DNA of 64,000 nucleotides, from the NCBI RefSeq assembly GCF_006345805.1, contig NC_043001.1, positions 92,690,001 to 92,754,000 of the forward strand. Direction: 5' to 3'. The stretch is from Octopus sinensis. Its lineage: Eukaryota. The number at the start of each line of letters is the position of its first letter. Positions within the stretch are counted from its first letter, which is position 1. A program made the position numbers and the translations under genes. Positions 14,400-28,027 of this stretch are shown here, piece by piece. Below the pieces are notes generated by a model. It made no database searches. It saw nothing but the letters and a program-made list of their open reading frames with translations, and was not told the origin of the DNA.

Positions 14400-14585
14400 C
14401 TAGATTATAGAATAAAGCATAACTGTCATACCACAAACACACACATTAGGGATGGTTAAGATACATATACAATATTTTCATCTATTAACCCATCTGTCTG
14501 TAAAAAAAATACAGATCGGTTGATAGCAATACTTCTAACATCAAAATGCAATTGTTTAACTTGGTTTGGAATAAAAATGACTTAC

Positions 14586-14764
14586 CAAGTGTTCTTGCTA
14601 GTACTCGGTCACTGTACAAGCCATTGCCCATAATATTACGAGACAAAACCATGAACTCATAAAGTGTGTCAGCTTCTAAACTGTAGACAATAAATGATGT
14701 TTTGTCACCAGGGGGCACTCGGATTGTCTGCCAATTGGATTCTAAGGCATCTGTGTTTCGAAAC
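14586..14764 (-). CDS. tutl: turtle/IGSF9-like exon, C-half of FN3 domain
   Basis: Acceptor tttcctattAG, donor G|GTAAGT. 179 nt, phase 2 to 1. (W)FRNTDALESNWQTIRVPPGDKTSFIVYSLEADTLYEFMVLSRNIMGNGLYSDRVLARTL has the FN3 L-x-x-x-T-x-Y-E-F-x-V-x-x-x-N-x-x-G motif. Confidence 0.93.
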
Positions 14765-17421
14765 CTAATAGGAAATTGAAATGGAAAAACTATAAGAAGA
14801 AATATTTAAAAAAAATTTTTAAGTAGATTTTTAAAAAACAAAGACAATAAAACAATATAAAAGAATAGTGAAAAAAAAGAAAAAATATAAGAAAAACAAA
14901 ATAATAAGCAAATAAGGACATAATAAATTAGAAAATAAAGGAGGCAAAACAAGTAAGAGAAGAAAGAAGAAAGAGAATTACCATGATTAAGTAAATCTTA
15001 TTTGTGTATGTACAAAAAGATATGATAGTAAATTGATTGGAAGAGATCAACTCAAAGTTAAGAACAACATAAGATCAAGGTATGATAATGTAAGGAAGCA
15101 GTTACAAAATTTATACAGAATCTTTTCTAGAAATATAATTCCACAGGTATATCTTGTAATATTAGAGAGACATTAACCACAAAATTGTCATTTCAGTGTG
15201 GATAAAGAAAGCTGTAACTGGTTAAGTTGTCAGATTGTTAGCCAAAGCATCAACAAGTTGTACTTCTATCACTGATACTGCAATGTGTTTGTGACACCTA
15301 ATTTTCAATAGTTTAAGCCACCTGTCTCTAAACAGGTGCAGAAGAGTTTCTGGTAAACAATGGGGATATTACATAACTGACAAGTATTTAATTACATTGC
15401 AGTACTTTGTTGGAATTGTCTCATATGCAAAACTTCTAACAGACAAGCATTTCCATCTGTTGAGAAAATTAACAAGTACTTGATACTGTAAAAAGCTGGA
15501 ATAAGCCTCAGCCAATATCACCTATAATGCAGGGCATTTTTCAAAGGCCAGTGACATACAAGACTCTAAAGTGGAAGATCCTTCTCAAATTAGATTAGAC
15601 TAAGTTGGCTTCAGTATACAAGACATAAAACTGCTCATCTACACTGTAATATACTCTAAAGGAATGAACTCATAATGCTTTTAATTCAGATACTTTTTAT
15701 TGATGTAGATCTAGTTCTAGATTTACCAATACTTTTGAGTAATACATGTTAACAAAAGATGTCTGGTGTATAAACAGACTATCATATGTCTTTTAATATC
15801 CAGAATTGACAAACAACTATCAATAACATAATGTTTAAATTTTTACATATAGTGTTACAGAGGTTAGTTCTTATACTGTAGATTGATGGGTTATACACAA
15901 AAATAAATGGTTCTTTGAGAAAATAAATTTTAGGATTAGTGGTATGGAAACAATCAATTCATTTATTTACAGCTTTACAATTTGTAACTAATAGAGAGTG
16001 GAAATTTTGATGGAATTCAGAAAACAGTAAGGCATTTCAGGATTGTTGCCAGACATATATTTACTGCTAGCACTGGACTGTCATCATATCCAGAATTTCC
16101 AGTTATTATACTACCTCAGATCAATGGTGGTAAAAAGACAAAATTAGTAACATGCATAACCCTTGTAGCATATACCATACCAAAATAATTAGTTTGGAGT
16201 CTATTGAAGTTGACTTTGTGTCTATAATTCTAAGGTCAATGAACTAAACATCAAACATCTACTGAGAAATTTAATGAACTCTTTTCTTCCTTCATTATGT
16301 TGTTATCTTTCCTTAATGTAAAAAAATCATTGTTACAATCCAGATTAAGTTGAACATAACAACTGGTTTTGTAAATGAAATGAAAAAGATCACATTCTGA
16401 TATATTTTATAACACACAGAATATGCTTTAATTCATTTTTAATATTGTTGCTATTTTTGTAATGTTTGCCTGTCCATCGGATGATTAAAACTTCCATTGT
16501 TAGTTTTATTTGAAACTACTGTTATGTATCCTGTTGTTCTTACCACTATGTCAGTGAAAATCAAAATAAAATACTTAAAGCAACAGTCGTCAAATACAAA
16601 ATCCAAAGAACTGTTAATTGTTTAAATTTCACTTGCAATATTCACTTTGGAGATAAAACAGTGTTCAGTCAGGCGTATAGGTGTCATCATGAGGTATGCT
16701 TGAGAGCAAAAAGTTTAAGGTTATTTATGATGTCCAATTCCACTTGAAGTTGTATATATGTTGTGTTAAGATTCATTATCAATCAATTATCCTTATTGAG
16801 AAGAAACAGTCAAAAGTAATCACCACATACAATCACCAAGCATCTCCACTACTTAACACTCTTCACCTTTACAGCTGACATGAAAAACTACGAGGAAAAG
16901 GCAGCCATTTTAATTAAGCAAAAAAGAGAGAAAAATTGATTGCTATTTTAACGTGTAAAATTTTGGGGTTAATAATCTTTAGTTACAGTTTCTCATTCAA
17001 GCTACATAATAGGCAGAATTGTCAGATTCTTTGTAATACATTCTCCATAAGATTTTACAGCTGCATAAAATTAATCGACCAAGCTGAACAGATCAACATT
17101 ATTAGATCAGTTTTTTTAAAATCACAATTCAGTCACTTCTATTCAATAATTTTACTGCTTATAAATTACTGACATGTTTCATTCCAAGTCTTTCATTTTG
17201 AGTTATGTCATTGAAACAGCCTTAAGTTTTAGTAGTCCATTTGACAAGTTCACAGTGCACTGCCAAATAAGTAAAATAGCAAATGCTTCTTTCATCAAAA
17301 GATCGCATTCACCCTAACCAAAAGTAACAACCCCATACAATCACCAAACATCTCCACAACTTAAGTTAACCCTCTTCACCTATACAAATGGACAGGGGGA
17401 CGTTTGCTAGTACATATATAA

Positions 17422-17460
<39 letters not shown>

Positions 17461-17599
17461 TATATATACATACATATATATATTTATATGTATATATATT
17501 TTATATTTTTATTTCAACTTTCATTCTCTTATTTCCCTCTATATTCCTTATCTCCTCCTTTTCTATAATAATTCCTTATTTCGAACTCAAACATTTACC

Positions 17600-17647
17600 G
17601 TCTCTGATGAAGGGATATCCGTAATATCCCAGAAACAGCTGTAAGAC
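17600..17647 (+). ncRNA. minimal type I hammerhead ribozyme motif, copy 1
   Basis: GTCT-CTGATGA-A-GGGATAT-ccgta-ATATCCC-A-GAAAC-AGCT-GTA-AGAC: stem I GTCT/AGAC, 7-bp stem II, palindromic stem III ACAGCTGT, GUA triplet. Confidence 0.68.
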
Positions 17648-17825
17648 TATATATCTATAACTTTTTCCTTATAAATGTCCTGAAAACTCCTGTTAGCCTT
17701 GGGTTTGTTATCCCATTTTGTCTAATATATATATAAATATATATATACAAGTAACATCCTTGTTACTTGCATGAATTTTGCTACCCTGGTAACTGTTTAT
17801 TGAATTTTCCATGTTAACGGTAAAC

Positions 17826-17884
<59 letters not shown>

Positions 17885-18026
17885 TCATATATATACATAC
17901 ATATATATATTTATATGTATATATATTTTATATTTTTATTTCAACTTTCATTCTCTTATTTCCCTCTATATTCCTTATCTCCTCCTTTTCTATAATAATT
18001 CCTTATTTCGAACTCAAACATTTACC

Positions 18027-18074
18027 GTCTCTGATGAAGGGATATCCGTAATATCCCAGAAACAGCTGTAAGAC
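18027..18074 (+). ncRNA. minimal type I hammerhead ribozyme motif, copy 2
   Basis: Identical to 17600-17647, 427 nt downstream. Confidence 0.68.
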
Positions 18075-18254
18075 TATATATCTATAACTTTTTCCTTATA
18101 AATGTCCTGAAAACTCCTGTTAGCCTTGGGTTTGTTATCCCATTTTGTCTAATATATATATAAATATATATATATACAAGTAACATCCTTGTTACTTGCA
18201 TGAATTTTGCTACCCTGGTAACTGTTTATTGAATTTTCCATGTTAACGGTAAAC

Positions 18255-18313
<59 letters not shown>

Positions 18314-18364
18314 TATATATATATATCATATATATATATATATGCATGCATATATATGCACATA

Positions 18365-19230
18365 CACGATGTGGTGAATAAATTGTCATCTAAATTAAGC
18401 AAAAATGAAAATAACACTGACATCTCATTTTAACATATATTTACCAAAATTACATAAAAATATCTTCAAGTAGTAAAGAGTAAATTCATTCAATAAAATC
18501 GCCATTGGCTTCAACCATGACCTCAAGATGACTTTGGAATCTCCTGCAACTATTCTGAATGGTCTCCTTGTTGGAGAATACTGCCATAATCCTTGCCTTC
18601 AGTTCATCTTTGGTGTTACAAGAGGTTTTGTTGGTCTCTTGCTCAACTGTGCCCAACACATAATAATCAAGGGGGTTGCAATCTGGGGAGTTAGGTGGCC
18701 AGCAGTTAGGGGTGATATGGTTGCAGAAATTGTCTGACAGCTATCACTGGGTTCTCCTCCTTGTGTGGCATGGTGCAGTGTCCTGTTGCTAGATATAGGG
18801 TTTTCCAGCAGCAACCCTCTTGACCAAAGGCAGCACTACCTCTTCCAAGCACTTGAAGTAGACCTCTGTGTTGAGTCTGATGCCATTTGGGAAGATGAAT
18901 GGAGGCATAACGTCACCATCACTAGTGATCACTCCAAACACGATGATGTTGACTGAATGTTTGATCCTTATCACTCTTGATAGATGTCCTCAGACTGATA
19001 CCCAAATACTCTGAAATGTTTGTATTGGAGCTTCCGGCACAAATGCTAAACAGTACAGCATGTCATTTCCAAATTTTTGGTAAAGTGAATTACATCATGG
19101 TGCTATTTTTCTCGCAAATGCTGCCCAACTGATCCTACTATACTGTATAGTTGATGAAAATCAAAAACAAATAATGCGCATGTGCAAAATTAAAAATATA
19201 AAATGGCGACAATTTACCCATCACACTCTG
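18365..19230 (-). mobile_element. internally deleted maT/DD37D Tc1-mariner element
   Basis: TA-flanked TIRs CACGATGTGGTGAATAAATTGTC / GACAATTTACCCATCACACTCTG. ORF pieces VFGVITSDGDVMPPFIFPNGIRLNTEVY..KPYI, QQDTAPCHT, WPPNSPDCNPLDYYVLG. Confidence 0.88.
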
Positions 19231-19248
19231 TATATATATATTCTTTCC

Positions 19249-19562
19249 TTTTACTTGTTTCAGTCATTTGACTGCAGTCAAGCTGGATCACTGCTTTTAG
19301 TCAAACAAATCGACCCCAGGTTTTATTCTTTGCAAGCCTAGTATTTATTCTATCAGTCTCTTTTGCTGAACCGCTAAGTTACAGGGGACGTAAACTCATC
19401 AACACTGGTTGCCAAGCGATGGTGGATAGGACAATTGCAGACACACAAATACATACGCACACACACACACACATATATGGGCTTCTTTCAGTTTCCACCT
19501 ACCAAATCTACTCACAAGTCTTTGGCTGGCCTGAGGTTATAGTAAAAGACACTTGCCCAAGG
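19249..19562 (-). repeat. SINE family A copy (5' truncated), reverse orientation
   Basis: Reverse complement matches 24050-24366. Confidence 0.85.
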
Positions 19563-21473
19563 TCTTGGAGAGAGATTGTTGCAACTCAATTTCAAGCAAT
19601 GTTGATTGATTCTTCTCTTAAACATAAACAGCATAGATATGGCATTTTAGTCCCGCTGGGTACCTACACACTTTGGCACATGTATCAATGATGACTACTT
19701 TTCGCGACAGTTATTCAGGGAGCTTGCCACCCATGCTAATACATGCTTTCATTTCATCATGGGATTTACATTGGATGTTTTGCTACATGACTTGGAGGAG
19801 GAGCATGAATTCTGCATAGAGCTATTGCATAGAATGAAACATGAAGTTGGTATTTCTTTTATTTCATACCTGTTACAAAACATTTCTCAGATTGATCAGT
19901 TTTGTTTTTCATGATCAATATGATTGAAAATATTTTGTAATTTGTGATTATTCATTATAACAGATATAAAATTAAAGAAATACCAACTTCAAGTTCCATA
20001 TAAATTTCTTGTGGCACGTAAAAAGCACCGTCTGAATGTGGCTGATGTCAGCGCTGCCTTGACTGGCTTCTGTGCCGGTGGCACATAAAAATCACCAACT
20101 GATTGTGGCCACTGCCAGCCTCCCCAGGCACCTGTGCCAGTGGCACATAAAAGCACCCACAGCACTCACAGAGTGGTTGGCATTAGGAAGGGCATCCAGC
20201 TGTAGAAACGCTGCCAGATCAGACTGGAGCCTGATGCAGCCTCCTGGCTTCCCAGACCCTGTCCAACCTGTGCTAGCACAGAAAACGGACATTAAACGAT
20301 GATGACGATGATATATGAGAGATATTCTCTGTATAGAATACACTTCATAGTGCTCAAGAGATTTAAACTTGAGCCAGTAGAGGAGTAAATGTCAGGATAA
20401 GCATGTTAGGCAAGTCAATATACAAAAAATATTAAATACATTTAATACAAAAAATGTGTATGTATATATATATCATCATCATCATCCTCATCATCATCAT
20501 CAATGTTTAACATCTAACTTCCATGATGCATAGGTAGTACAGCTGACAGGAACCAGCCATGTAGAAGACTACCCTAGGCTAACTGTATGTTTTGGCAGGG
20601 TTTTTATAGCTGGATGCCCTTTCTAACACCAACCATTCTGTAGAGTGGACTTTGCTTTTTACATGGCACTAGCATAGGTGAGGTCAGTTTTGGGATGATT
20701 TTTACAGTTGGATGCTCTTCCAAATGCCAACCACTTTACAGTGTGGACTGGATACTTTTTAGATAGCACCAGCACAGGCAGAGTTACCAAGTAACTTGCA
20801 AGACAAGGAATTTTGAGAGGAGTGGGGGCGTTGGATTTTGTGTCAGATGAAATGTTAGAGTGTGACAGAGAAATAGAGAGGCAGAAACAGGTGTCTTGCT
20901 ATAGAGGTACATGGTTACTCAGCAAGAGTGAGAAGAGAGAGAGAGAGAGAGAGAGAAGGGGGAGAGACAGTGGTACAAAAAAGATGACAGAAACAGGTAT
21001 GCTAATCAATGTAAAGGAGATACTAGGTCACCTAGCCAGAGGGAAAAGCAAGAGAAGGAGAGAGAATTATCAAGAATGAGGGCAGAAACAGGTGTGCTGC
21101 TGTAGGGAAGATACATAGCTACCCAGCCAGTAGGAAGAGTAAAGGAAGAGAGAGAGATAGAGAGAAAGAGAAAGTCCCTTTGTTGACAACAGAGATAGTA
21201 TATATTAAATTAACAAAAAGGAAAAGTTTGTTTGCAGAGCAATTAATACAGAACTCGAAATTTAATAGTACATTAAAAATAAAGAAAGTTAAAATGAATG
21301 AGTACACATGCAATTGTGTGGTACATATAAACATAATATAAACTGAAACATAGTTGTGAATCTCAAGCGATAAGTTAGAAAGAAACATGCAAACACAGAA
21401 AATCCAATCTTTAATATATTAGCTGTAGAATAAAGATAAAATTAAAAAACAAAAGTGACAGACAGTGGCTTAC

Positions 21474-21585
21474 CAAATCACATAATTCTGCTCTAGGCCT
21501 CCATTATAGGCTGGCATCCATTGCACTTTAGCTGTAAATAAACTGGTCGTTACTGTAACATTGTATGGAGCATGTGGAGTTGTCT
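21474..21585 (-). CDS. tutl: turtle/IGSF9-like exon, N-half of FN3 domain
   Basis: Acceptor ttctctttttcAG, donor TG|GTAAGC. 112 nt, phase 1 to 2. TTPHAPYNVTVTTSLFTAKVQWMPAYNGGLEQNYVI(W) resembles Turtle TQPHAPYN...LQWLPGYSGG...YTIW. Confidence 0.92.
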
Positions 21586-23202
21586 CTGAAAAAGAGAATG
21601 AAATGAAGTTATATTTCACTCTAGATAATTTATATCTTAAAACTGTATGAGACAAAATTTTCGTTGCATACTAAGTCATAATTCAACTTATGTCTCAACT
21701 GATTGTTCTTACTAATTAAGCTGTTATACTAATATTTCAATGCTCTGTGTACAACTTTCTGAAAATTAAAATGTTGTGTAATCTATTGGCAACACCAAAA
21801 ACTTTTTTTCTGCCTTATGCCTGCAACAACCAACAAAACATTAATGAGGTTATCCTCTGAAAAAACGCAAACACAAGGTTTATTGAATTAATTTACTGCA
21901 TATTAAATATTTAATATATACTACCTGTATGTACCTAGGTTAGGAATGCTGCACAATTTTAGATAGCTATGTTACAACAAACTTGAATCCAGATGATGAA
22001 ATTCAAATTGTCATTCTAGAACACATTTATTTTCTGAAGTCATGCTTCCATGTAGGCTAATTTGTTTTAGGTATCTCAATTCCTATACATTAAAATTTTT
22101 CTAATCATATATACATCTACATCATGTGACCAAACAAGTGCAGTCCCCTCTCTTGCACACTACATATAATTTCTCTTATGCCCAACACTTTTCTCTCAAT
22201 ACACTAATGCTCAGTTGCACATGTACACTGACATGGTAGGAGTGTACCAGCTTAATTCCTCTCAAGTCTTCACATATCTTCTACATTCAAGGCCTACATA
22301 TCACTGGCATGTAGCACTGCAGTTCACACAGACAAACAGACACAGACACACACATATATATACATATGTGTACATGTATATATGTTGAATACATGCATAC
22401 ACATACACATGTATGTATATGCACCAGCATATATAGACATACATGTACATACATACATACATACATGCATGCAAACACATACTTATTCAGTCTCCTGCTT
22501 TTACAGAAAATTCAATAAAGTTTTCAGATATTCTACGCTGAAGAAAGCAAGATCTATTTAATTCTGGAACTCCATTCAAAATTGCCACAAGAATTCTATG
22601 CTGTTGAGCTTGTAGTCATTATCAGTGACATCATTATCATCACCACCTTCATGAACCTAGTAAAACAGCGGTGAATTGGCAGAAATAGTATTTAGTTTTA
22701 CTCTACTCTGTGAATTTGAAATTGATGAAGATCAGCTTTATCACCTTTATCCTTCGAAGATTTATAAAGTAATCATTAGGAGCAGTTGATTTAGTCCAAT
22801 TGTTCTCATCCCTTTAAACAACAGACCTTGCGTCCAAGCAAGAAATCCTCTTTATTACTTGAGGCTTTAAAAATTATAAACTTGAAGCTACATGGCATCT
22901 TGTTCTGTATATAATTGTTTAAAAATCCTATCAGTCAATATCCCCTTTCACTCCTTCAAAGTCAATAAACAAGCCAATGAGAAAACTTCTATATAGCCAT
23001 TTTGACTGATAGAAAGAGACAAATTTCCATCAAATTACAAGCACACTTCAGTATAGCTAATACCCTTCATCATATAGCTGCTGAATCAGAGATGGCTTTC
23101 AATAACAATAAAATAAGTATCAGTAATACATTTGGATGATTTAAATAATTTAAGCACCTCTCTGGAACAACTGATTTAGTGCTTCAAAAGTTAACAATAA
23201 TA

Positions 23203-23910
23203 ATCCTTTCTACTATAAGCACAAGGCCTGGAATTTGTGGAGAGGGGGATAGTCGATTACATCGACCCAGTACTTGACTGGTACTTAATTTATCAAACCT
23301 GAAAGGATGAAAGGCAAAGTTGACCTCAGTGGAATTTGAACTCAAAATGTAAAGCTGGATGAAATACTGCTAAGCATTTTGCCACTGCATGCTAACGATT
23401 CTGTCAATCCACCAACTTGTTGCTGCTGCTGCTGATGATGATGATGACGACGATCATCATCATCATCACTACCACCACCACCACTACCATCATCATCGTC
23501 ATAATCATCATCATCCTTGCTACTATAGCAAAATGGCCTGGAATTTTAGGGGAAAGGTTAATCAATTTCACTGATTGCAGTATTTGACTGGTACTTCGTT
23601 TATCAACTCTAAAAGGATGAAAGACAAAGTTGACCTTAGCAGAATTTGAACTCAGAATGTAAAGACAGATGAAATACCTATTTCTTTACTACCCACAAGG
23701 GGCTAAATACAGAGAGGACAAACAAGGACAGACAAATGGATTAAGTCGATTATATCGACTCCAGTGTGTAACTGGTACTTATTTAATCGACCCCAAAAGG
23801 ATGAAAGGCAAAGTCGACCTTGGCGGAATTTGAACTCAGAATGTAACGGCAGACAAAATACGGCTATGCATTTCACCCGGCGTGCTAACGTTTCTGCCAG
23901 CTCACTGCCC
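23203..23910 (-). repeat. cluster of ~3 SINE family B copies (Nin-domain-like core)
   Basis: Repeated aaaggatgaaaggcaaagtcgacct..ggaatttgaactcagaatgtaa is the reverse complement of the units at 33078-34450. Confidence 0.85.
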
Positions 23911-23970
23911 TATGCATTATGCATTTTGTTTGGTGTGGTGATGATGATTAATGATGATGATGATGATTAT

Positions 23971-24366
23971 AGGCGCAGGAGTGGCTATGTGGTAAGTAGC
24001 TTGTTTACCAACCACATGGTTCCGGGTTCAGTCCCACTGCATGGCACCTTGGGCAAGTGTCTTCTACTATGGCCTCGGGCTGACCAAAGCCTTGTGAGTG
24101 GATTTGGTAGACAGAAACTGAAAGAAGCCCGTCGTATATATGTATATATATGTATGTGCGTGTATGTTTGTGTGTCTGTGTTTGTCCCCCTAGCATTGCT
24201 TGACAACCGATGCTGGTGTGTTTATGTCCCCGTCACTTAGTGGTTCGGCAAAAGAGACCGATAGAATAAGTACTGGGCTTACAAAGAATAAGTCCTGGGG
24301 TCGAGTTGCTCGATTAAAGGCGGTGCTCCAGCATGGCCACAGTCAAAATGACTGAAACAAGTAAAA
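23971..24366 (+). repeat. full-length tRNA-derived SINE (family A), youngest-looking copy
   Basis: A-box TGGCTATGTGG, B-box GGTTCAGTCC, core GGCACCTTGGGCAAGTGTCTT, internal (TA/TG)n, tail gactgaaacaagtaaaa; CpGs retained. Confidence 0.88.
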
Positions 24367-26099
24367 AGAGAAAAAGAGATGGTGATGGAAGCTATTAATG
24401 TGCTGAACTTATGGCATGGTTATGAGGTCAAACCTTAGTTCAAGTATTCAGTTCAAACCTTACAACAGGAATAATACTTAGATACAGTTCACTATCTTTT
24501 ATATGCTAGCAAGTTTTGTTCTTATTTTATAGCTGTAATTTTTGTTAAGAGTATCCACAGGTAAAAGACATTCCATTCAAAAGTTTACTCATGCCAAAAT
24601 TTTCTGCAGTAGAATTAACATTATCTTTTAGTCTTTGTCTACTCAAGTAGTACAAATCAACAATCATATTAAAACTTTTCCTAACATGCCATCAAATATG
24701 ACATTTGTGATAAGATTTATATCTATAAAATTAATATTTGTAAATTCAAAATCCACTGCATTTTAATATTCAGCTAATACTAATGTGCATGTGTGTTTGT
24801 GTACATGTATATACACACACAGCATAAAATGAAGAGGTATGAGAAGTGAAAATAATTTTATTTTTCCATATAACAGCCATTTTGTAATGGTATGTGAAAT
24901 TATATGTACATGATTGCATCAATATGTATGTTCAGCATCATACAATACAATTGGATATTCACAAATCAAAGCAAATAAAAAGATAACTTATGAGATCACT
25001 GGAACATAATAGTTAGACCTATAATTTAACTGGATTTTCGACTACATTACACAACATGGTAATTGATTACATTGTAAACTGATAGCTGATTCTGAATGAA
25101 GTGCTTACTGTGAAAGCTGCATGACTTGTTGGATCCATACTTTACAGTACCCTTTTGTGTGTGTGTGTGTGTTTGCATGCATGAAAATGCATTTAATCTT
25201 TCTTGTCTATGCTAGCATGGGTGGACAGGGGTTTATTTCACACAAGATTTTACACTTCCTGTCACCAACTTTTATCTGTTTTCAAGGGATATTTTTCATT
25301 CTACAGGTCTTAAAAATCACATATCAACCAGTTATAATATTGATGAAATTTATAAACATTACATTGTTTTGCTCAGAAAGTTACACATCAAACTGAGAAA
25401 TATCAACATTTAAGCATTTCCACACACACAAGTATGCATACATAAATAGCAAGCACCTATAGTCTTTGTTTAACAAATTCACTCATATGTGTGTATGTGC
25501 GTGTGTGTGTCAGTATGTATGTGTGTGTGTATTCATATATTCCATCACATATTTTCTGAGTATATGACTATGAGTATGTTTCATGTCCGCCTTTTAGGTG
25601 TATATATATTTTATTAATTTGTATTTCTGTGTGTATTTGTTCTTTGAATATATGTGTTTATATTGCTAAATTTTAAATTTCATTGGGGATTTTCCACTTA
25701 CACCACAGTCCTCTTTACTTAACTTGATATTTATTGATTATCACATCACTTTGCAAAAATATTTTTGATTGCAGGTTTCAGAAAAAAATAAATAACATTG
25801 TCATGAATTTTAAGTTATTTTGGTTAAATGCAAACACTTTCAACAATTGAGTCACTTATGTTAATTTACAACCAATTAATGTGTGTGTGTGTATGCACGT
25901 GTGTGCATGATTGCATATACGCACACAAACATACTCTTATGTACTGAGTTCAATTCTTCCTATTTGTTCCCCAGTATCTGTTCTGTATTTCTTTATTGAT
26001 GAACTCTGTCTACTAACTCAAATCTGCAATCCAGCATGGAACAATTTCACATCCTATGTTCAATGGAAAATATACCAATCCCATCAAGGAATGTATATA

Positions 26100-27060
26100 T
26101 GACAAAGTTTATTGAAATAAACAAAACAACTTATTAAACGCATGTTTGTAAAGTATACTTTTGCAACAGGAGCTCACAAATAATAATCCAACAAGCAGTC
26201 TGTATTCAAAATCAGAAAATACAACTTTCTGAACATGATAAAGAAAGTAAAGTTCATAAATTATTCCAGCAACTTCCAATACACTTCAATGAATGACTTG
26301 AAGTATTTCCATAACTCTTTTAAATAGATACCTACTTCAGATAAGGTGAAAAATATGAAACTGTGAAAAATTAGTATGAACAACACCTTTCTAATAATAT
26401 TACAAAGATTAAAAGAAAAGTAATCCAAACATATACAAATGTACTAAGAAGGAAGCTAAACAGTTGGCTTCAGCCTGTAAGTTAGATGATAGAAGTGAAT
26501 GTTTAGCTGCAAAAGACTATAAATAAACCTAATTTCTCATCTGACCCTAAACGCAGGTTTACTAATCCTGCATGAGCAAAAAAGTCATTAGCAAGGTCAT
26601 ATTTGATGCAATTAATGACAGAATTATGCAATCTACTAACCATTATCCCTGGTAAGACAGGTTCTTCAGTATATTCAGATAGTTTGACAATCATTGATTT
26701 TATACTTATCACTGAAATGAAAGCCTTTAATGAAGGTCTTTGAAATAAGCTGCATAGATTTGGACATGGATGCCAGTGTACCTGCTAGAAAATCTCTTCT
26801 ATCTTTTGATAATTCTTTCTGGATAAAGTATAATGGCTTAGAACTTACCAATGTTTCTATGGGTGGTTTTGGTAAAAGCTGAAATTTGCAATCTAATAGG
26901 ATTACCTATTTTATACAATCTTCCATCCAAATTTGATTTTATAGAATTAGGATTATACAGTGATGATGGTCTAAGAATGACCAACAATTACATAGACTTA
27001 AAAAGTTACAGCTGTAAAGATAATTTCACCTATTCATTAGCCAAGATTAACAGGAAGAAT
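26100..27060 (+). mobile_element. Penelope-like RT fragments
   Basis: MGGFG.AEICNLIGLPILYNL...GLYSDDGL resembles the PLE RT motif MGSYDGAEICELVGL..GLYRDDGL. Confidence 0.6.
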
Positions 27061-28027
27061 TTAGATTTCTGCTCCATACATAATTCCTTCTCTCAATGCA
27101 ATTGCCTTACTATGAGTACTTGCTCTCTGAATGGAAAATGCATTTAAAATATATGTTGTATGCTGCGCGGTAAGGTTTCCACTTATAATAGTAACATAAA
27201 GTGCTGCATATGCCTTACTGATAACATTTTTCAATACACACATGTACATGAAGCTACAGAACTGCAGCAATACAACTGAAATACACCTGGATTTTAAAAC
27301 ATAACAATATCTCCAATTACATACTTATACATCAATTGCCAAGACTGCTCCCTTTGCATATCCAAACAATGCAATATCCTAACATAGCCTGGTTAAATTC
27401 TAAATTGGAGATGATTCCTTCGTGATCCTTCATGATCACACCAAAGCAAATTCAGCCCACAATTTTTCAATTACTCACTACTGCATAAACTATAAACTGT
27501 GTAATATGCATGTGTGCACGCACACACACTGACACACACATACACGTGTGTATATATATACACACACACACACACATATATGAATATATGTGTGAGTATT
27601 CTTTTTTGAAACAGTGAAGCTGAAGGCAGATAAAACTATAAATTACAGCTGGTAAATATTGGGCTAAAAAACCCATAGAAAGAAAAAGTTGAAGGTTGCC
27701 AGTGGGATAAGAACCAACATATTTTGTAAACATGACAGATATTCTATCATTGGACTGAAGTAATCTATCTATCCATATTAGAAACTTTATTCTTACCATA
27801 TCTATCCATATTAGAAACTTTATTCTTACCAGCAAAAATTATACATTGTTGACATCTTAGGAATTTATAAACTGCTAGAAAATGAGAAATAATTCCTTTT
27901 TGGAAGCATAAAACTCAAAAAGATAAAGCTATAAATAATAGTCTGTAGAGGTCAGCTTAAAAAAAGAACCCTTTCAAAAGAAAAAGTCAAAGATAGCCTT
28001 GATATATATATATATATATATATATAT

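Larger units (their letters stand above)
17411..18256 (+). repeat. near-identical ~427-bp tandem duplication (Penelope pLTR/retrozyme-like unit)
   Basis: 17457-17828 and 17884-18256 are identical apart from (TA)n length. Confidence 0.95.

Noticed and set aside
11879-14442. Many long YI/IY-repeat ORFs (up to 249 aa)
   Set aside because: Translations of (TA)n microsatellite with no coding signal.
23971-24050. tRNA gene
   Set aside because: A and B boxes are present, but it is the head of a multicopy SINE without a full cloverleaf.
23764-24240. 158-aa ORF
   Set aside because: Made entirely of two abutting SINEs and microsatellites.
27768-27830. 33-bp tandem duplication (and a ~38-bp one at 61753-61826)
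   Set aside because: Ordinary short slippage duplications with no further structure.
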